The translations under genes were made by a program, and so were the position numbers. The notes under the pieces are model-generated. The model ran no database searches. It was not told where the DNA came from and saw only the letters and a program-made list of their open reading frames with translations. From assembly GCA_964592485.1 (NCBI GenBank), contig CAZQEY010000006.1, positions 1 to 61,555 on the forward strand: a stretch of DNA of 61,555 nucleotides, given 5' to 3'. Source of the DNA: an uncultured Planctomycetales bacterium. GTDB taxonomy: Bacteria; Omnitrophota; Gorgyraeia; Gygaellales; JAHJCI01. Below, piece after piece: positions 39,665-49,524 of this stretch. The number at the start of each line of letters is the position of its first letter. Positions within the stretch are counted from its first letter, which is position 1.

Positions 39665-41092
39665 TCAACCTGATTTACTCGTCGTTAAGCAAGGTTTCTT
39701 ATTGTCTGCTAATTTTTCTCTATAAGGTGGAGGTATGCTGAACTCAATTAATTCCCTTTTAAAATTCAGGCACTTGAGCAACTTGATGAGGCCAACAATT
39801 TTCTCCCCGATTTTGAAGACCTCTTCACGGCTGAGAGATATCCCTTTAAAAGTGAGGTACGGATTGTGGAAAAATCCAAACTCATCATACATGCTAATAT
39901 CCACCTCGCCGCGTCTGTGCAACTCATTCCAAATCTTGGAGCCGGGTATGAGACAATGCCATTGTAGATAAAGGGTAATTCCAAAGCGGGCAGCTAACCG
40001 GCCGGCGAATTTCACCGTCTGTAGAACATCTTGATATCGTTCCCACGGCAAACCGAGGATAAAAGAGAACACTGTTCTGTCGGAATATCCGGCTTCGGCA
40101 ACTAACTGGGCAGCTCTCTCGATGGTCTTAGTCGTCAATCCCTTCCCAACTCGTTTGAGACCTTCATCGTATCCACACTCAGCCCCAAACATAACAACAT
40201 TAGTAATACGTCCCAGCACGTGTCCGAATTCAAGGGTCTGCACATCAGAGCAGCGGGCGTCCAAAGCCGCTTGAAAATACAAACCTCGGTTCTCAATGCC
40301 GTTGACGATATCAACCACCCGTTGGTTATCAATGGTGAAGCAATCATCGATAAGACTGAATGCATTTGTTATGGATTTTGAAACATACGGCTGAAGTTGC
40401 TTGACTCTCTCGATGAACCGCTCGGCCGATAACGCACGCCAGCAACGCTTAAACGGGATGGAGCAAAAAGAACAAGCAAAGGCACAGCCCCTAGCGGACT
40501 CAATCGAGATACCTTCGTAGACACCAGATGGTAATAAGTCGTAGGCGGGTGCAGGAAGGTTCTCAAGCTCACAAATTGACAAAAGCTCTGACTCTTGGTG
40601 ACGAATAAACTGGCCCCGACCATTCAGATAACTCAAGCCTGAAATTCCTGATAGACTCCTCTTACCGTCGAAATAACGAATCAACTCAGGGAGAACCTTC
40701 TCTCCTTCGCCTCGTACGACAAAGTCTATGGGATAATGGTGTAGAATATAATCATCATATAAGGTACCATGGATGCCGCCGAGAACAATAGGTATGTCGC
40801 ATTTGCTTTCACGAACAATACGAATCAACTCTCGCGCGGTAGACCAATTAAGCGAGTTTGCAGAGATACCCAAGATATCGTATTGAGAAACTGTTTGTTG
40901 AATCTCCTCTTTATAGAGTCCACCTCGGGCGATTAAATCCAGAATATCCACATCGTGCCCTGCTTGCCGCACCATTTCGGCTAGAAGATAAAGGCCATAG
41001 GGGGGGTTTGCACGTGTCTTATCCATCATAATTGGTTCAAGTGAACCATTGATCGGTTCCATGATGGGAACGGCTACTAACAAGATTTTCAT
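39665..41092 (-). CDS. Cobalamin-binding (class B) radical SAM protein, probable methyltransferase
   Basis: PPYGLYLLA, IVLGGIHGT, VVRGEGE, ESARGCAFACSFC; RBS AAGGGGG. Confidence 0.9.
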   Translation of the reverse strand: MKILLVAVPIMEPINGSLEPIMMDKTRANPPYGLYLLAEMVRQAGHDVDILDLIARGGLYKEEIQQTVSQYDILGISANSLNWSTARELIRIVRESKCDIPIVLGGIHGTLYDDYILHHYPIDFVVRGEGEKVLPELIRYFDGKRSLSGISGLSYLNGRGQFIRHQESELLSICELENLPAPAYDLLPSGVYEGISIESARGCAFACSFCSIPFKRCWRALSAERFIERVKQLQPYVSKSITNAFSLIDDCFTIDNQRVVDIVNGIENRGLYFQAALDARCSDVQTLEFGHVLGRITNVVMFGAECGYDEGLKRVGKGLTTKTIERAAQLVAEAGYSDRTVFSFILGLPWERYQDVLQTVKFAGRLAARFGITLYLQWHCLIPGSKIWNELHRRGEVDISMYDEFGFFHNPYLTFKGISLSREEVFKIGEKIVGLIKLLKCLNFKRELIEFSIPPPYREKLADNKKPCLTTSKSG

Positions 41093-41206
41093 TGAAGACC
41101 CCCCTTCTTATTCACCTACTCCTTAGGTGTCCATGACAGATACCTGGCAAAATGAGTTATAGGAATTTGCTCTTACCGAGTACCTAAAAGTTTACCTGAT
41201 TATATA

Positions 41207-41235
41207 ATTTTACTAAAGCAAGGATAGTTAGTCAA
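41207..41235 (-). promoter_or_regulatory. Sigma70-like promoter heading the RiPP cluster
   Basis: TTGACT-17 nt-TAAAAT on the minus strand. Confidence 0.6.
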
Positions 41236-41521
41236 GCTTTTTGCGCCTTTCATTTGTGGACAACGCGGGGAAATCAGAAGTCATATCCACAAAGCTTATC
41301 CCTGTCTTTTAATATGAGCCAGCCACTTAGTCGAGCCTAGCGAAAACTACAAATTCTTCCTTTTTTTATGTATAGTACTTGGTAGAATTATGGGGATGGT
41401 TTTTTGAGATAACGAACGAGGAGTTGATTAAAAAAGCCCTGCTTAAAAGAAAAAAATATCTATCAGAATTAATTTACAGGCGGCGGACTAAATTGTTAAG
41501 ATTAAAGAAAGCTAATCTTTG

Positions 41522-43486
41522 TTATTCATATCTTAATGCCTCAATTGGGTCAAGCCTTGAAGCTTGTCTGGCAGGCCAAAGACCGAACCCTATTCCTACA
41601 ACGATAGAAAAGGTTGTGGCAAGTATTATAGAGAAGGAAGAAATCTTGGTTGCCCAACCAGCAAAGACTACCAAAAGCCAAGCAACGCTTGAACCAATAA
41701 CGATACCAGCTATTCCGCCGATAAAGGTCATAACTACCGACTCAATAAGAAACTGAATCATTATATCTCTCCTGCGTGCCCCCACTGCCTTACGCAGGCC
41801 TATCTCCCTTGTGCGCTCGGTTACCGAAACCAGCATAATATTCATAATCCCTATACCGCCTACCAAAAGGGATATAGCGGCAATAGAACCCAGGAGCCAG
41901 GTCATTGTCTTGGTTGTGCTCTCGAGGGTCTCCTGAATCTCGGTCATATTGCGGATTTCAAATGTATCTTCGTTATCTTTATTAATGCGGTGGCGCTTAA
42001 TAATAAGTTGGCGTATCGCGTCTTGTGCCTCTTGCATTAAATCAGTATTCCTGACTTCTACGTCAATGGAATCGACGTATTCCTTTCCTAAAAGTCGGTA
42101 CATTGCTGTAGTAATAGGAATTACCACTACATCATCGTGGTCACGCCAACCGCCTGCCCCCTTCTCCGGGAGAACGCCGATTACCTGAAAATTTATGCGG
42201 TTTATCTTAATTGTCGCGCCCACCGGATTCACATTGCCAAAGAGCTCTCCAGCTACTGTAGTGCCCAACAATACTAGCTTTTGCCTCGCCCTTAATTCCT
42301 CTTCCGTAAAAAACCTGCCAATGGTAGGCACGGATGCCCGCATTGTTGCGTAATCCACCCCTGTGCCCTGAACCTGCGTATTCCAGTTCTTATTGCCGTA
42401 AACCAGTTGGGCGCTGCCCCTGACCGAGGGCGAGACGTCTTTGACCTGAGAAAGTCCAGATATAGCATTTGCGTCCTGCAGAGTAAGGCGCGTAACTGCT
42501 CCTGCCTCTAAGGCTACTCCGTGTAGCCGATGCGAGCCTGGCCTTACCATTAGCAGGTTTGAACCCAAAGAAGCTAATCTCTCCGAAATAGATTCTCTGG
42601 CTCCCTGACCCAGGGCAAGCATAGCAATTACTGCGGCAACCCCGATAAGAATACCCAGCATAGAAAGAATTGAGCGCATCTTATGTGAAACAATAGCGCT
42701 TAAGGCTTGCCGGAAGTGGTCTATGAATTCTGCCTTTCCCACGGAAGAATGAGACTCAGATAAAATCTGGTCTATTGAATTAACCATAGAAACCGACGAG
42801 GGTTTTTCCGGTTCGGCAATGATTCTCTCGTCAGAAACAATCTCGCCGTCACGCATACCGATGATTCTTCCTGCATGTTGGGCAATCTCTTTTTCATGGG
42901 TAACCATAATAATGGTTTTACCCTTTTGGTTAAGATTCCTTAAAATCGCGATAATCTCCTCTTCGCTTTTGGTATCCAGATTCCCGGTCGGCTCATCCGC
43001 AAAGATAATCAAAGGCTCATTTACCAAGGAACGGGCAATGGCTACCCGTTGCTGCTCCCCGCCCGAAAGCTCATTCGGGCGATGAGAAGCTCTCTGGGTA
43101 AGTCCTACCTCTTTAATCTTTTCATAGGCCTTTTGTTTTAGGTGGCGCTTCCCGGCATAGATTAAAGGCAACTCTGCGTTTTCTAAGGCATTTATCCTGG
43201 AGAGCAAGTGAAACTGCTGAAACACAAATCCTGCGATGCTGTTTCTTAAAACCGCTAATTCATTATCGGTGAGTTTGGTTATTTGTATATTTCCTAATTG
43301 ATAGGAACCTGAATCAGGCCTGTCTAAAAAGCCCAATATATGAAGGAGTGTGGATTTGCCCGAACCAGAGGGACCGATAATAGCAATAAATTCACCCGGC
43401 GTAATCCTTAGGGATACATTGCGCAGCGCCTGTACCCCGATTTTGCCTGTCCTGTAAGTCTTGGTAATATTTTTTAATTCTATCAT
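41522..43486 (-). CDS. macB: MacB-type ABC exporter (ATPase-permease fusion)
   Basis: [55 protein letters not shown]. Confidence 0.92.
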   Translation of the reverse strand: MIELKNITKTYRTGKIGVQALRNVSLRITPGEFIAIIGPSGSGKSTLLHILGFLDRPDSGSYQLGNIQITKLTDNELAVLRNSIAGFVFQQFHLLSRINALENAELPLIYAGKRHLKQKAYEKIKEVGLTQRASHRPNELSGGEQQRVAIARSLVNEPLIIFADEPTGNLDTKSEEEIIAILRNLNQKGKTIIMVTHEKEIAQHAGRIIGMRDGEIVSDERIIAEPEKPSSVSMVNSIDQILSESHSSVGKAEFIDHFRQALSAIVSHKMRSILSMLGILIGVAAVIAMLALGQGARESISERLASLGSNLLMVRPGSHRLHGVALEAGAVTRLTLQDANAISGLSQVKDVSPSVRGSAQLVYGNKNWNTQVQGTGVDYATMRASVPTIGRFFTEEELRARQKLVLLGTTVAGELFGNVNPVGATIKINRINFQVIGVLPEKGAGGWRDHDDVVVIPITTAMYRLLGKEYVDSIDVEVRNTDLMQEAQDAIRQLIIKRHRINKDNEDTFEIRNMTEIQETLESTTKTMTWLLGSIAAISLLVGGIGIMNIMLVSVTERTREIGLRKAVGARRRDIMIQFLIESVVMTFIGGIAGIVIGSSVAWLLVVFAGWATKISSFSIILATTFSIVVGIGFGLWPARQASRLDPIEALRYE

Positions 43487-43551
43487 ATTAGATAAGCACG
43501 CAGCAGATTATACCACTCTACCACACTCAGGACATAAGTTGTGCTTTAGCT

Positions 43552-44520
43552 TTACTTATTTCGCTTGCGTCTGCCAAATGGCATAAAAGGATTGGTTCCT
43601 GAATTAGTATTGTTTAAGGGAAGGTATTCCTGAGTAGTTATCAATATCTTATCGCCTGCTTCTAACCCCGAGACAATCTCTATATTTTTATCATCGGAGA
43701 TTCCCAGTCCAACGCTACGCTTAACAGATTTTTTATCTTTACCCTGACTTAATAAGACAAAGCTTCCTTCTTTCTCCTGGATAACCGCCTCAAGAGGAAC
43801 AATTAAAACATTCTCTTTGCTTTCCTCTATAATATCCACATTAGCACTCATACCCGAGCGAAAAACTCGCGGCACGCTTTTAGGAAGAATATCGACCTCA
43901 TAAATAGTGACATTATTCACAACCTCGGATTCATAAGATATGTGGTCAACCTTTGCCTCTACCTTGATTTCGGGGTATGCATCCAGGCTGATAATTGCTG
44001 CTTGAGCAAGTTTCACTTTCCCGATATCAGTCTCATCAACCTGAGCCTTAACAATAAGACGATCCGATAATACAATTACCGCGTCGGCGGAGGTAACGGT
44101 CTGTCCCGGCTCAACTGCCCTTACAATCACCTCTCCGTCAATTGGGGCAATAAGCGGAGTAGCCTTATATGCCTCCTGCCAATACTTTAAGGCTTCTTCA
44201 CCCTGCGCCCTGGCAGCATCCAAAAGCGCTGCCCTTTCTGTTGAACTCATCCAGGCTAAGGTTTGACCAATTTCAACCTTCTGGCCTTCTTTAACTAAAA
44301 TCTCTTCAATCCGCCCGCTAATCGGCGGCTTTATCTCTAAGCGGTTTTGGGGCTCGACTATGCCGGTTGTCGATATGTAGGTCTGGATACTGCCGTATAT
44401 AGGGCTTATTTCTCTAACGCTCTCAACAGAAGTCTTTCCTTGTTTCAACTTTATTATTAGAACTATAGAGATGATTACAATCAGCAAAATAAGATAAATT
44501 CTGTATTTTTTATTCTTCAT
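43552..44520 (-). CDS. macA: MacA-type periplasmic adaptor
   Basis: TM anchor, ISGRIEEILVKEG, APIDGEV, VDETDIGKV. Confidence 0.88.
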   Translation of the reverse strand: MKNKKYRIYLILLIVIISIVLIIKLKQGKTSVESVREISPIYGSIQTYISTTGIVEPQNRLEIKPPISGRIEEILVKEGQKVEIGQTLAWMSSTERAALLDAARAQGEEALKYWQEAYKATPLIAPIDGEVIVRAVEPGQTVTSADAVIVLSDRLIVKAQVDETDIGKVKLAQAAIISLDAYPEIKVEAKVDHISYESEVVNNVTIYEVDILPKSVPRVFRSGMSANVDIIEESKENVLIVPLEAVIQEKEGSFVLLSQGKDKKSVKRSVGLGISDDKNIEIVSGLEAGDKILITTQEYLPLNNTNSGTNPFMPFGRRKRNK

Positions 44521-45781
44521 CCAATGTCCCTCCCCTTGCCTTAACCCAGTTAGCTTCAGTGATTAAGGCATTGGCCTGAGCCTCCAGGAAAGATTTTTTA
44601 GCGCTGACCAAATCATCCTCGATAATTGTCCAGTCATCAAAGGAGATAAGGCCGGTGGAATATTGTGCCTGAGTAATCTTTGCTCGTTCTTCCGCCGCCT
44701 CTAAGAATTTCTGTTCGACTTGTACTTTATCTATCGCATCCTGCCATGCCTTCCAGGAATCCTCTAAGGTCAGAATGACGCTATCCCTACCGCTTCTCTC
44801 ATCAGCCTCTGCCTGCTTAAATTCAGCATTGGCTTTAGAGACTTCAGCCAGTCGGCTTCCGCCTTCAAATATGGGAAAGGATAGGCTTAGCCAAGCCGAC
44901 CACTCATTCTTGTCCGGCGGCCAGTCTGAAGCAGTTTTTCCGCTGCTGGCATTTGCATACATCTCAGGGAAGAAATCAGCCTCAGCTGATTTTAAATCGA
45001 ATCGTGCCGCTTCTCTCTTAGCAATCAATTCAAGTAAAGCGGGATTGCTTTCGGTTAAATATTCAAAATCCGGCTTATCCCGATTAGAATATTCAGACTC
45101 GAAATCCCCTCTTACTCTAACTGGCGTCGATTTCTTCCTGCCCAATTCTTTAATCAATTGCCTCTGTTTCAAATTGATATTCCTTCCCGCCTGAGTTACC
45201 TCAAATTCGGCTTTAGCCAAATTGGCTTGAGCATTTAATAGCGAACCCCTATGCTCTCTGCCTGCCTCATAACGCAATCTAACCAGCTCTACGTTCTGTC
45301 TTCGGCGCGCGGCAATATCCTTTGTAATATCAAGAAGTCGCTGCGCTTTTAAAAGCTCAACAAAGGCAGTTCTCAAACTCAATCTTATATTGGACGAGGC
45401 CACTTCATAATTGTATTGCGAAGATTTTATATCCTCTGTAGCGGAAGATACGCCGTAAGCGGTTTTAAAACCATCAAATAATAATTGTTTGCCGGTTACG
45501 CCGTAGGAATATGTATCGGTGGTAACGTTAGTAGATGCCCTTGAAGTCTTTCCGGTTAAACTACTGGATATCTGAGGCAGAGAGCCGCTCCTGGCAATCG
45601 CCTTATTGGCTTTATACTGATTTAATTGTTCTTCTGCCGATATTAAATCCGGGTGATTTTCCTTTGCCTCTCTGAGGCAATCCTTCCAAGTGAGTATCTC
45701 TTCGGCTCTTGCATCAACTAAAACTAAAGCACCACCTAAAAACAATAAAATTATAGCCATAAGCCTTACACGCATAAACAT
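44510..45781 (-). CDS. TolC family outer-membrane efflux protein
   Basis: Signal peptide, two OEP repeats (LFDGF; LSFPIFEGG). Confidence 0.88.
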   Translation of the reverse strand: MFMRVRLMAIILLFLGGALVLVDARAEEILTWKDCLREAKENHPDLISAEEQLNQYKANKAIARSGSLPQISSSLTGKTSRASTNVTTDTYSYGVTGKQLLFDGFKTAYGVSSATEDIKSSQYNYEVASSNIRLSLRTAFVELLKAQRLLDITKDIAARRRQNVELVRLRYEAGREHRGSLLNAQANLAKAEFEVTQAGRNINLKQRQLIKELGRKKSTPVRVRGDFESEYSNRDKPDFEYLTESNPALLELIAKREAARFDLKSAEADFFPEMYANASSGKTASDWPPDKNEWSAWLSLSFPIFEGGSRLAEVSKANAEFKQAEADERSGRDSVILTLEDSWKAWQDAIDKVQVEQKFLEAAEERAKITQAQYSTGLISFDDWTIIEDDLVSAKKSFLEAQANALITEANWVKARGGTLDEE

Positions 45782-45785
45782 TTTA

Positions 45786-46025
45786 CTAACCCTTCCTGGA
45801 AATCTCTGCCTTTAGCGTAGATATGTGTTTTTCAAAATGGGACAAAAATTGCGCAAAATCATCAGCCGGAACAAGACTAATCATCTTTCTGTCCGGATGG
45901 CCAGAAGTAACAATCAATTTATCGCCTGCCTTAATCTTAAACAGCTTCCTGATGGCTTTAGGAATTACGACCTGCCCTCTGGCGCCCACTGTCACCAGAC
46001 CGTAAAATTTAGGAAACTTATGCAT
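45786..46025 (-). CDS. AbrB/MazE/SpoVT family regulator
   Basis: VTVGARGQVVIPKAIRK.F.IK.GD. Confidence 0.88.
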   Translation of the reverse strand: MHKFPKFYGLVTVGARGQVVIPKAIRKLFKIKAGDKLIVTSGHPDRKMISLVPADDFAQFLSHFEKHISTLKAEISRKG

Positions 46026-46061
46026 CTACCTACCCCCTTTAACTACTATGTATGATAAATA

Positions 46062-46113
46062 TGAATAATATGATTATTCAAATAAAGTATATCATGGATT
46101 TTACAATTGTCAA
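46062..46113 (-). promoter_or_regulatory. Promoter with downstream palindromic operator
   Basis: TTGACA-16 nt-(TG)aTATACT at 46113-46086; TGAATAAT-ATG-ATTATTCA at 46062-46080. Confidence 0.65.
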
Positions 46114-46180
46114 TAGGATTAATGATAAATTAAAGGGCGAGCTGTCACGAAGGGATTAAGATAAATCCAGGGATGGTTCT

Positions 46181-47083
46181 TTAATTATGCCCGGACAGAT
46201 ACTTAAACGCGCTAAGGGCTGCCTTGGCGCCTTCTCCGCAGGCAATTATGATTTGCTTCTCCAAAACGTTGGTTACATCACCGCAGGCAAAGATTCCTCC
46301 GACATCGGTCCTATTTAAACTATCAACGACAATCTCGCCTGACTGGTTCTTCTTAACTATCTTGGCGACATCAGAATTGGAAATCAATCCAATCTCAATA
46401 AGCACCCCCTGCAGTTTTAAATCCAGATTTTTTCCCTCCTGTTTAACCTCTACCCCTTCTACAAAAGTCTCTCCATAAATCCTTGTTATTGTGGCGCTAT
46501 TTAACACCTTGACATTGGCAGCGTTGATAACCTTCTCAATCATTATCTGGTCACCGGTCAACTTGGGGGCGATATTTATAATGTAGATTAAGGGGGAAAT
46601 CTTTATCATCTGCAATGCTGCATCCAAAGCAGAGTTACCACCTCCAATTATAGCAACAATTTTGTCCTTGAACAAAGGGCCATCACAGGTAGCGCAATAG
46701 GTAAGTCCCTTATTTTTAAATTCCTTTTCCCCTTTTATATTTAACAGGCGGGGCCGTGCACCGGTAGCGATTATTAATGCCTTGGAAAGATATTCCCCTT
46801 TATCTGTAATCGTCTTTATGAGATTATTTTCTTTTTTTACTTCCTTTGCTTCTTCAGGCATATTGACCCTTATATCAAATGCCTTCATATGCTCCTGGAA
46901 CTTCGAAGCGAGCTCCGGACCAGTGATAAACTGATATCCCGTATAATTTTCAATATCGCCGCTTAATGCAGCTTGGCCGCCGATATCCTTAGCAATAACT
47001 AAAAGCCTCATTCTTTTACGGGCAGCATAGACAGCAGCGGTTATTCCGGCTGGACCTGCGCCGATTATGATTACATCGTGCAT
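46181..47083 (-). CDS. Thioredoxin reductase/AhpF-like FAD oxidoreductase
   Basis: GAGPAG, CATCDG, GGGNSA, FACGDV. Confidence 0.92.
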   Translation of the reverse strand: MHDVIIIGAGPAGITAAVYAARKRMRLLVIAKDIGGQAALSGDIENYTGYQFITGPELASKFQEHMKAFDIRVNMPEEAKEVKKENNLIKTITDKGEYLSKALIIATGARPRLLNIKGEKEFKNKGLTYCATCDGPLFKDKIVAIIGGGNSALDAALQMIKISPLIYIINIAPKLTGDQIMIEKVINAANVKVLNSATITRIYGETFVEGVEVKQEGKNLDLKLQGVLIEIGLISNSDVAKIVKKNQSGEIVVDSLNRTDVGGIFACGDVTNVLEKQIIIACGEGAKAALSAFKYLSGHN

Positions 47084-47090
47084 CTTGTAT

Positions 47091-47327
47091 TTATATGCCT
47101 AAGGCCTTACTTATGGCTTCTTTGTCAAAACCAGTAATAATCTGGCTATCAACTTCCAGAACCGGAACCCCCATCTGTCCAGATTTGCGTATCATCTCCT
47201 GAGCTGCCTGTTGATTAGAGGAAACATCAATATCTTCGAAATCTATATTGTTTTCCTTTAGAAACTGCTTCGCGCCCCTGCAGTAAGGACAAGTGGGTGT
47301 GCTATATACTTTTACCTTCCTGGCCAT
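47091..47327 (-). CDS. Glutaredoxin/NrdH-like redoxin
   Basis: CPYC, GQMGVPV, GFD. Confidence 0.9.
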   Translation of the reverse strand: MARKVKVYSTPTCPYCRGAKQFLKENNIDFEDIDVSSNQQAAQEMIRKSGQMGVPVLEVDSQIITGFDKEAISKALGI

Positions 47328-47339
47328 ATTTTACCCCCT

Positions 47340-47423
47340 CAATTTTACCCGCCGCAAGGCAAGGCAAGGCGGGAAAATTGATACCGAGCGGCTTTAGTCA
47401 ACACCGAAGCTGCGAGGGATATT
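47340..47423 (+). repeat. Bipartite REP-like element (CAATT-hairpin-AATTG plus GA-mismatch hairpin)
   Basis: Same scaffold as 37149-37213 and 48542-48612. Confidence 0.75.
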
Positions 47424-47898
47424 ATAAACTCTTCTTTAAATCAGTTAATTTTCTTAGGTGGTCTTGCTCTTGAGTAATCAACTCATTAATGACTTTATGG
47501 TCATATTCCGGAGCAACCTTCTTCATGCCCTCATAAAAAACTATTGAATCCTCCTCAGACTTTATGCCCATATCAATCGCTTGATTATCGCTGGTAACCT
47601 TCTTGGCTAACTCATTACCCTTGTCTTTTTGGGTGAATACGTTCCCACTGGCTAAGGCATTCATATAGGCGAAATACTCACCCGGATACGACTCTGGCGG
47701 TTCGTATTTGCTTACCGAATCCAGAATCTTCTGAAAAACAACTATATGTTTTTCCTCTTCGCCTGCCAGATATTTAAATATCTCCTTTGCCTTTTGATTT
47801 TTAGATTTCCCGGCAATTGCATTATAGAAATCTCTGCCGTTTTTCTCTATCTGGATTCCTATTTCCACTATCTCACTGCCTGCAAATATATTCCCCAT
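47422..47898 (-). CDS. Ferritin-like/rubrerythrin-family diiron protein (MGNIF start preferred over the ORF track 47949)
   Basis: EKNG..FY, EEEKH, EEDSIVFY, EQDH; RBS GAGGAGG. Confidence 0.85.
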   Translation of the reverse strand: MGNIFAGSEIVEIGIQIEKNGRDFYNAIAGKSKNQKAKEIFKYLAGEEEKHIVVFQKILDSVSKYEPPESYPGEYFAYMNALASGNVFTQKDKGNELAKKVTSDNQAIDMGIKSEEDSIVFYEGMKKVAPEYDHKVINELITQEQDHLRKLTDLKKSL

Positions 47899-47904
47899 AT
47901 GCCT

Positions 47905-48090
47905 CCTCCTCAAATGAGCAGATAACTTATGGAGCACGAAGTGCGACATAAGTTATAGGCCAAAGGCCGTCTGCGAATTTGACCCCTCACTCAGCTCTCT
48001 ATAATAATAAGCTGAAGGCTGAGTGAGGGGTAAGTTCGGACAAATGACTTATGTCGCTTTCCAAGCTCCATAAGTCATGTCCTCACTTAC
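47905..48090. repeat. Modular intergenic scaffold, copy A
   Basis: Three blocks (20 bp and 33 bp identical, 64 bp similar) shared with 50736-50954. Confidence 0.85.
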
Positions 48091-48530
48091 AAATCCACTT
48101 CCTTAATCCAAGAACCGTGCAAATTGCAATGCTCTATTACCGTAAGTTTGCCACTTTGAGCCTTCATATGAAGTGCAGCTGCCGGATTTAGTTTATCAGG
48201 AGTCAATTGTACCCTTGATATAAACTGATTATCTATATAAAAGTCGATACTCATAATATAGTGCTCCGGCAACATAGGATGCTGTATTTGGCCCATCTTC
48301 ACGTGCACATCCTGACAGCCCTCAGGTATCAGGCCGCATTTTTTTACCACAGTAATAACCGGTACGTGCTTTTTCTCTAACTCACTTGGATTATTCACGT
48401 CCTTTGGAGTTTTTATAGCGTCCTGCTTTTCCTCGAATGATGTCTTTGAAGCCCCACAAACAGGACATTTATCCGGGGCGCTGCCGTCTATGGATATAAA
48501 CCCACATACCTTACAAACAAATCCTTTCAT
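48087..48530 (-). CDS. Rubredoxin-like domain fused to superoxide reductase (desulfoferrodoxin) domain
   Basis: CKVCG...CPVCG; EKKHVP, HPM.PEHYI, HCNLHG. Confidence 0.88.
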   Translation of the reverse strand: MKGFVCKVCGFISIDGSAPDKCPVCGASKTSFEEKQDAIKTPKDVNNPSELEKKHVPVITVVKKCGLIPEGCQDVHVKMGQIQHPMLPEHYIMSIDFYIDNQFISRVQLTPDKLNPAAALHMKAQSGKLTVIEHCNLHGSWIKEVDL

Positions 48531-48541
48531 AATCCGTCTCC

Positions 48542-48612
48542 CAATTATCCTGCCGCAGGTAGGATAATTGATCCCGAGTGACCATAGTTAACCACCGGTC
48601 ACGAGGGACCAA
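48542..48612 (+). repeat. Bipartite REP-like element overlapping the flavodoxin stop
   Basis: CAATTATCC...GGATAATTG-ATCCCGAGTGACC...GGTCACGAGGGA. Confidence 0.75.
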
Positions 48613-49195
48613 CTACTTTACCCGCCAACGGCGGGGTAACAATTCTTTCTCCTAACTCAAATGCCTTTTTTAAAATATCCGGATGTTTTAGAATTTTCCC
48701 TTTTTCATCAACACCCGAACAAAATAGTTCTTCCTGATAGACTGCATTAATGGTGGCAAATAGATTTTTAACAATTGATTTTGCATTATCAAAAAAATCT
48801 TTTCTGTCCGATGCCTCTACGGAAATAAAAGCACCTTTGCACTTTCTCTTAAATATATCTTTTTTCAATATATATTTTGCCCTCCAAGCACACTGGAACC
48901 GGTCTATCATCATCTTGGTCTGGGCACTCAGAGAGCCAAAGAATATTGGAGAGGCCAGGATTATTGCATCCGCCTCATCAATCTTTTTATAAAGGGGCTG
49001 CATATCATCCTCTACTATACAGGTGCCGTCATCCCTTATTTTTTCACATTCCTGACAGGGAGAAAACTTAAGAGTATTTAAAATAATCTTTTCTGTCTTA
49101 GCGCCTTTAGTTTTAGCCCCCTCTAGAACTTTATCAAGCAGGATATCCGTATTGCCGCCTATCCTGGGACTGCCATTTATTCCTAATACATTCAT
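48599..49195 (-). CDS. Flavodoxin/NADPH-dependent FMN reductase family
   Basis: GSPRIGGNT, PCQECEKI...C...DDM, ASPIFFG. Confidence 0.88.
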   Translation of the reverse strand: MNVLGINGSPRIGGNTDILLDKVLEGAKTKGAKTEKIILNTLKFSPCQECEKIRDDGTCIVEDDMQPLYKKIDEADAIILASPIFFGSLSAQTKMMIDRFQCAWRAKYILKKDIFKRKCKGAFISVEASDRKDFFDNAKSIVKNLFATINAVYQEELFCSGVDEKGKILKHPDILKKAFELGERIVTPPLAGKVVGPS

Positions 49196-49205
49196 ATCTA
49201 AGCAC

Positions 49206-49511
49206 CTACTTTTTTAATTTCTTAATCTCTTCCTCTACTTCGCCGGCACCTTCGACATAGAATTTTTCCTCATCCGGCGCAAGATGTTTCAAAAGCCTTA
49301 AGAATTCTCCGGCGTGAACACGTTCTTCATCAGCTATATCCTTTAATACCTCCTGTGCCAATTTGTCATTTGTTGATTCCGCAAGCTGCATATAGAGTTG
49401 GACTGCTTCATACTCCGCAGCAATCATAAAGCGTATTGCTCGAATCAATTCTTCATGCGTAACTTTACGTTCTTTTGCCAGGCCGGAAAACGGCGTTCCA
49501 AATTCAGGCAT
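49206..49511 (-). CDS. Small ferritin-like protein of the Flp/encapsulin-cargo-like family (MPEFG start)
   Basis: RAIR..IAAEYEAVQLY...IADEERVHAGEF; RBS AAGGAGG. Confidence 0.82.
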   Translation of the reverse strand: MPEFGTPFSGLAKERKVTHEELIRAIRFMIAAEYEAVQLYMQLAESTNDKLAQEVLKDIADEERVHAGEFLRLLKHLAPDEEKFYVEGAGEVEEEIKKLKK

Positions 49512-49524
49512 AACAACCTCCTTT

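Noticed and set aside
41254-41290. Two DnaA-box-like 9-mers (TGTGGACAA, ATATCCACA)
   Set aside because: Only two, each with a mismatch, with no unwinding element or oriC-type gene context
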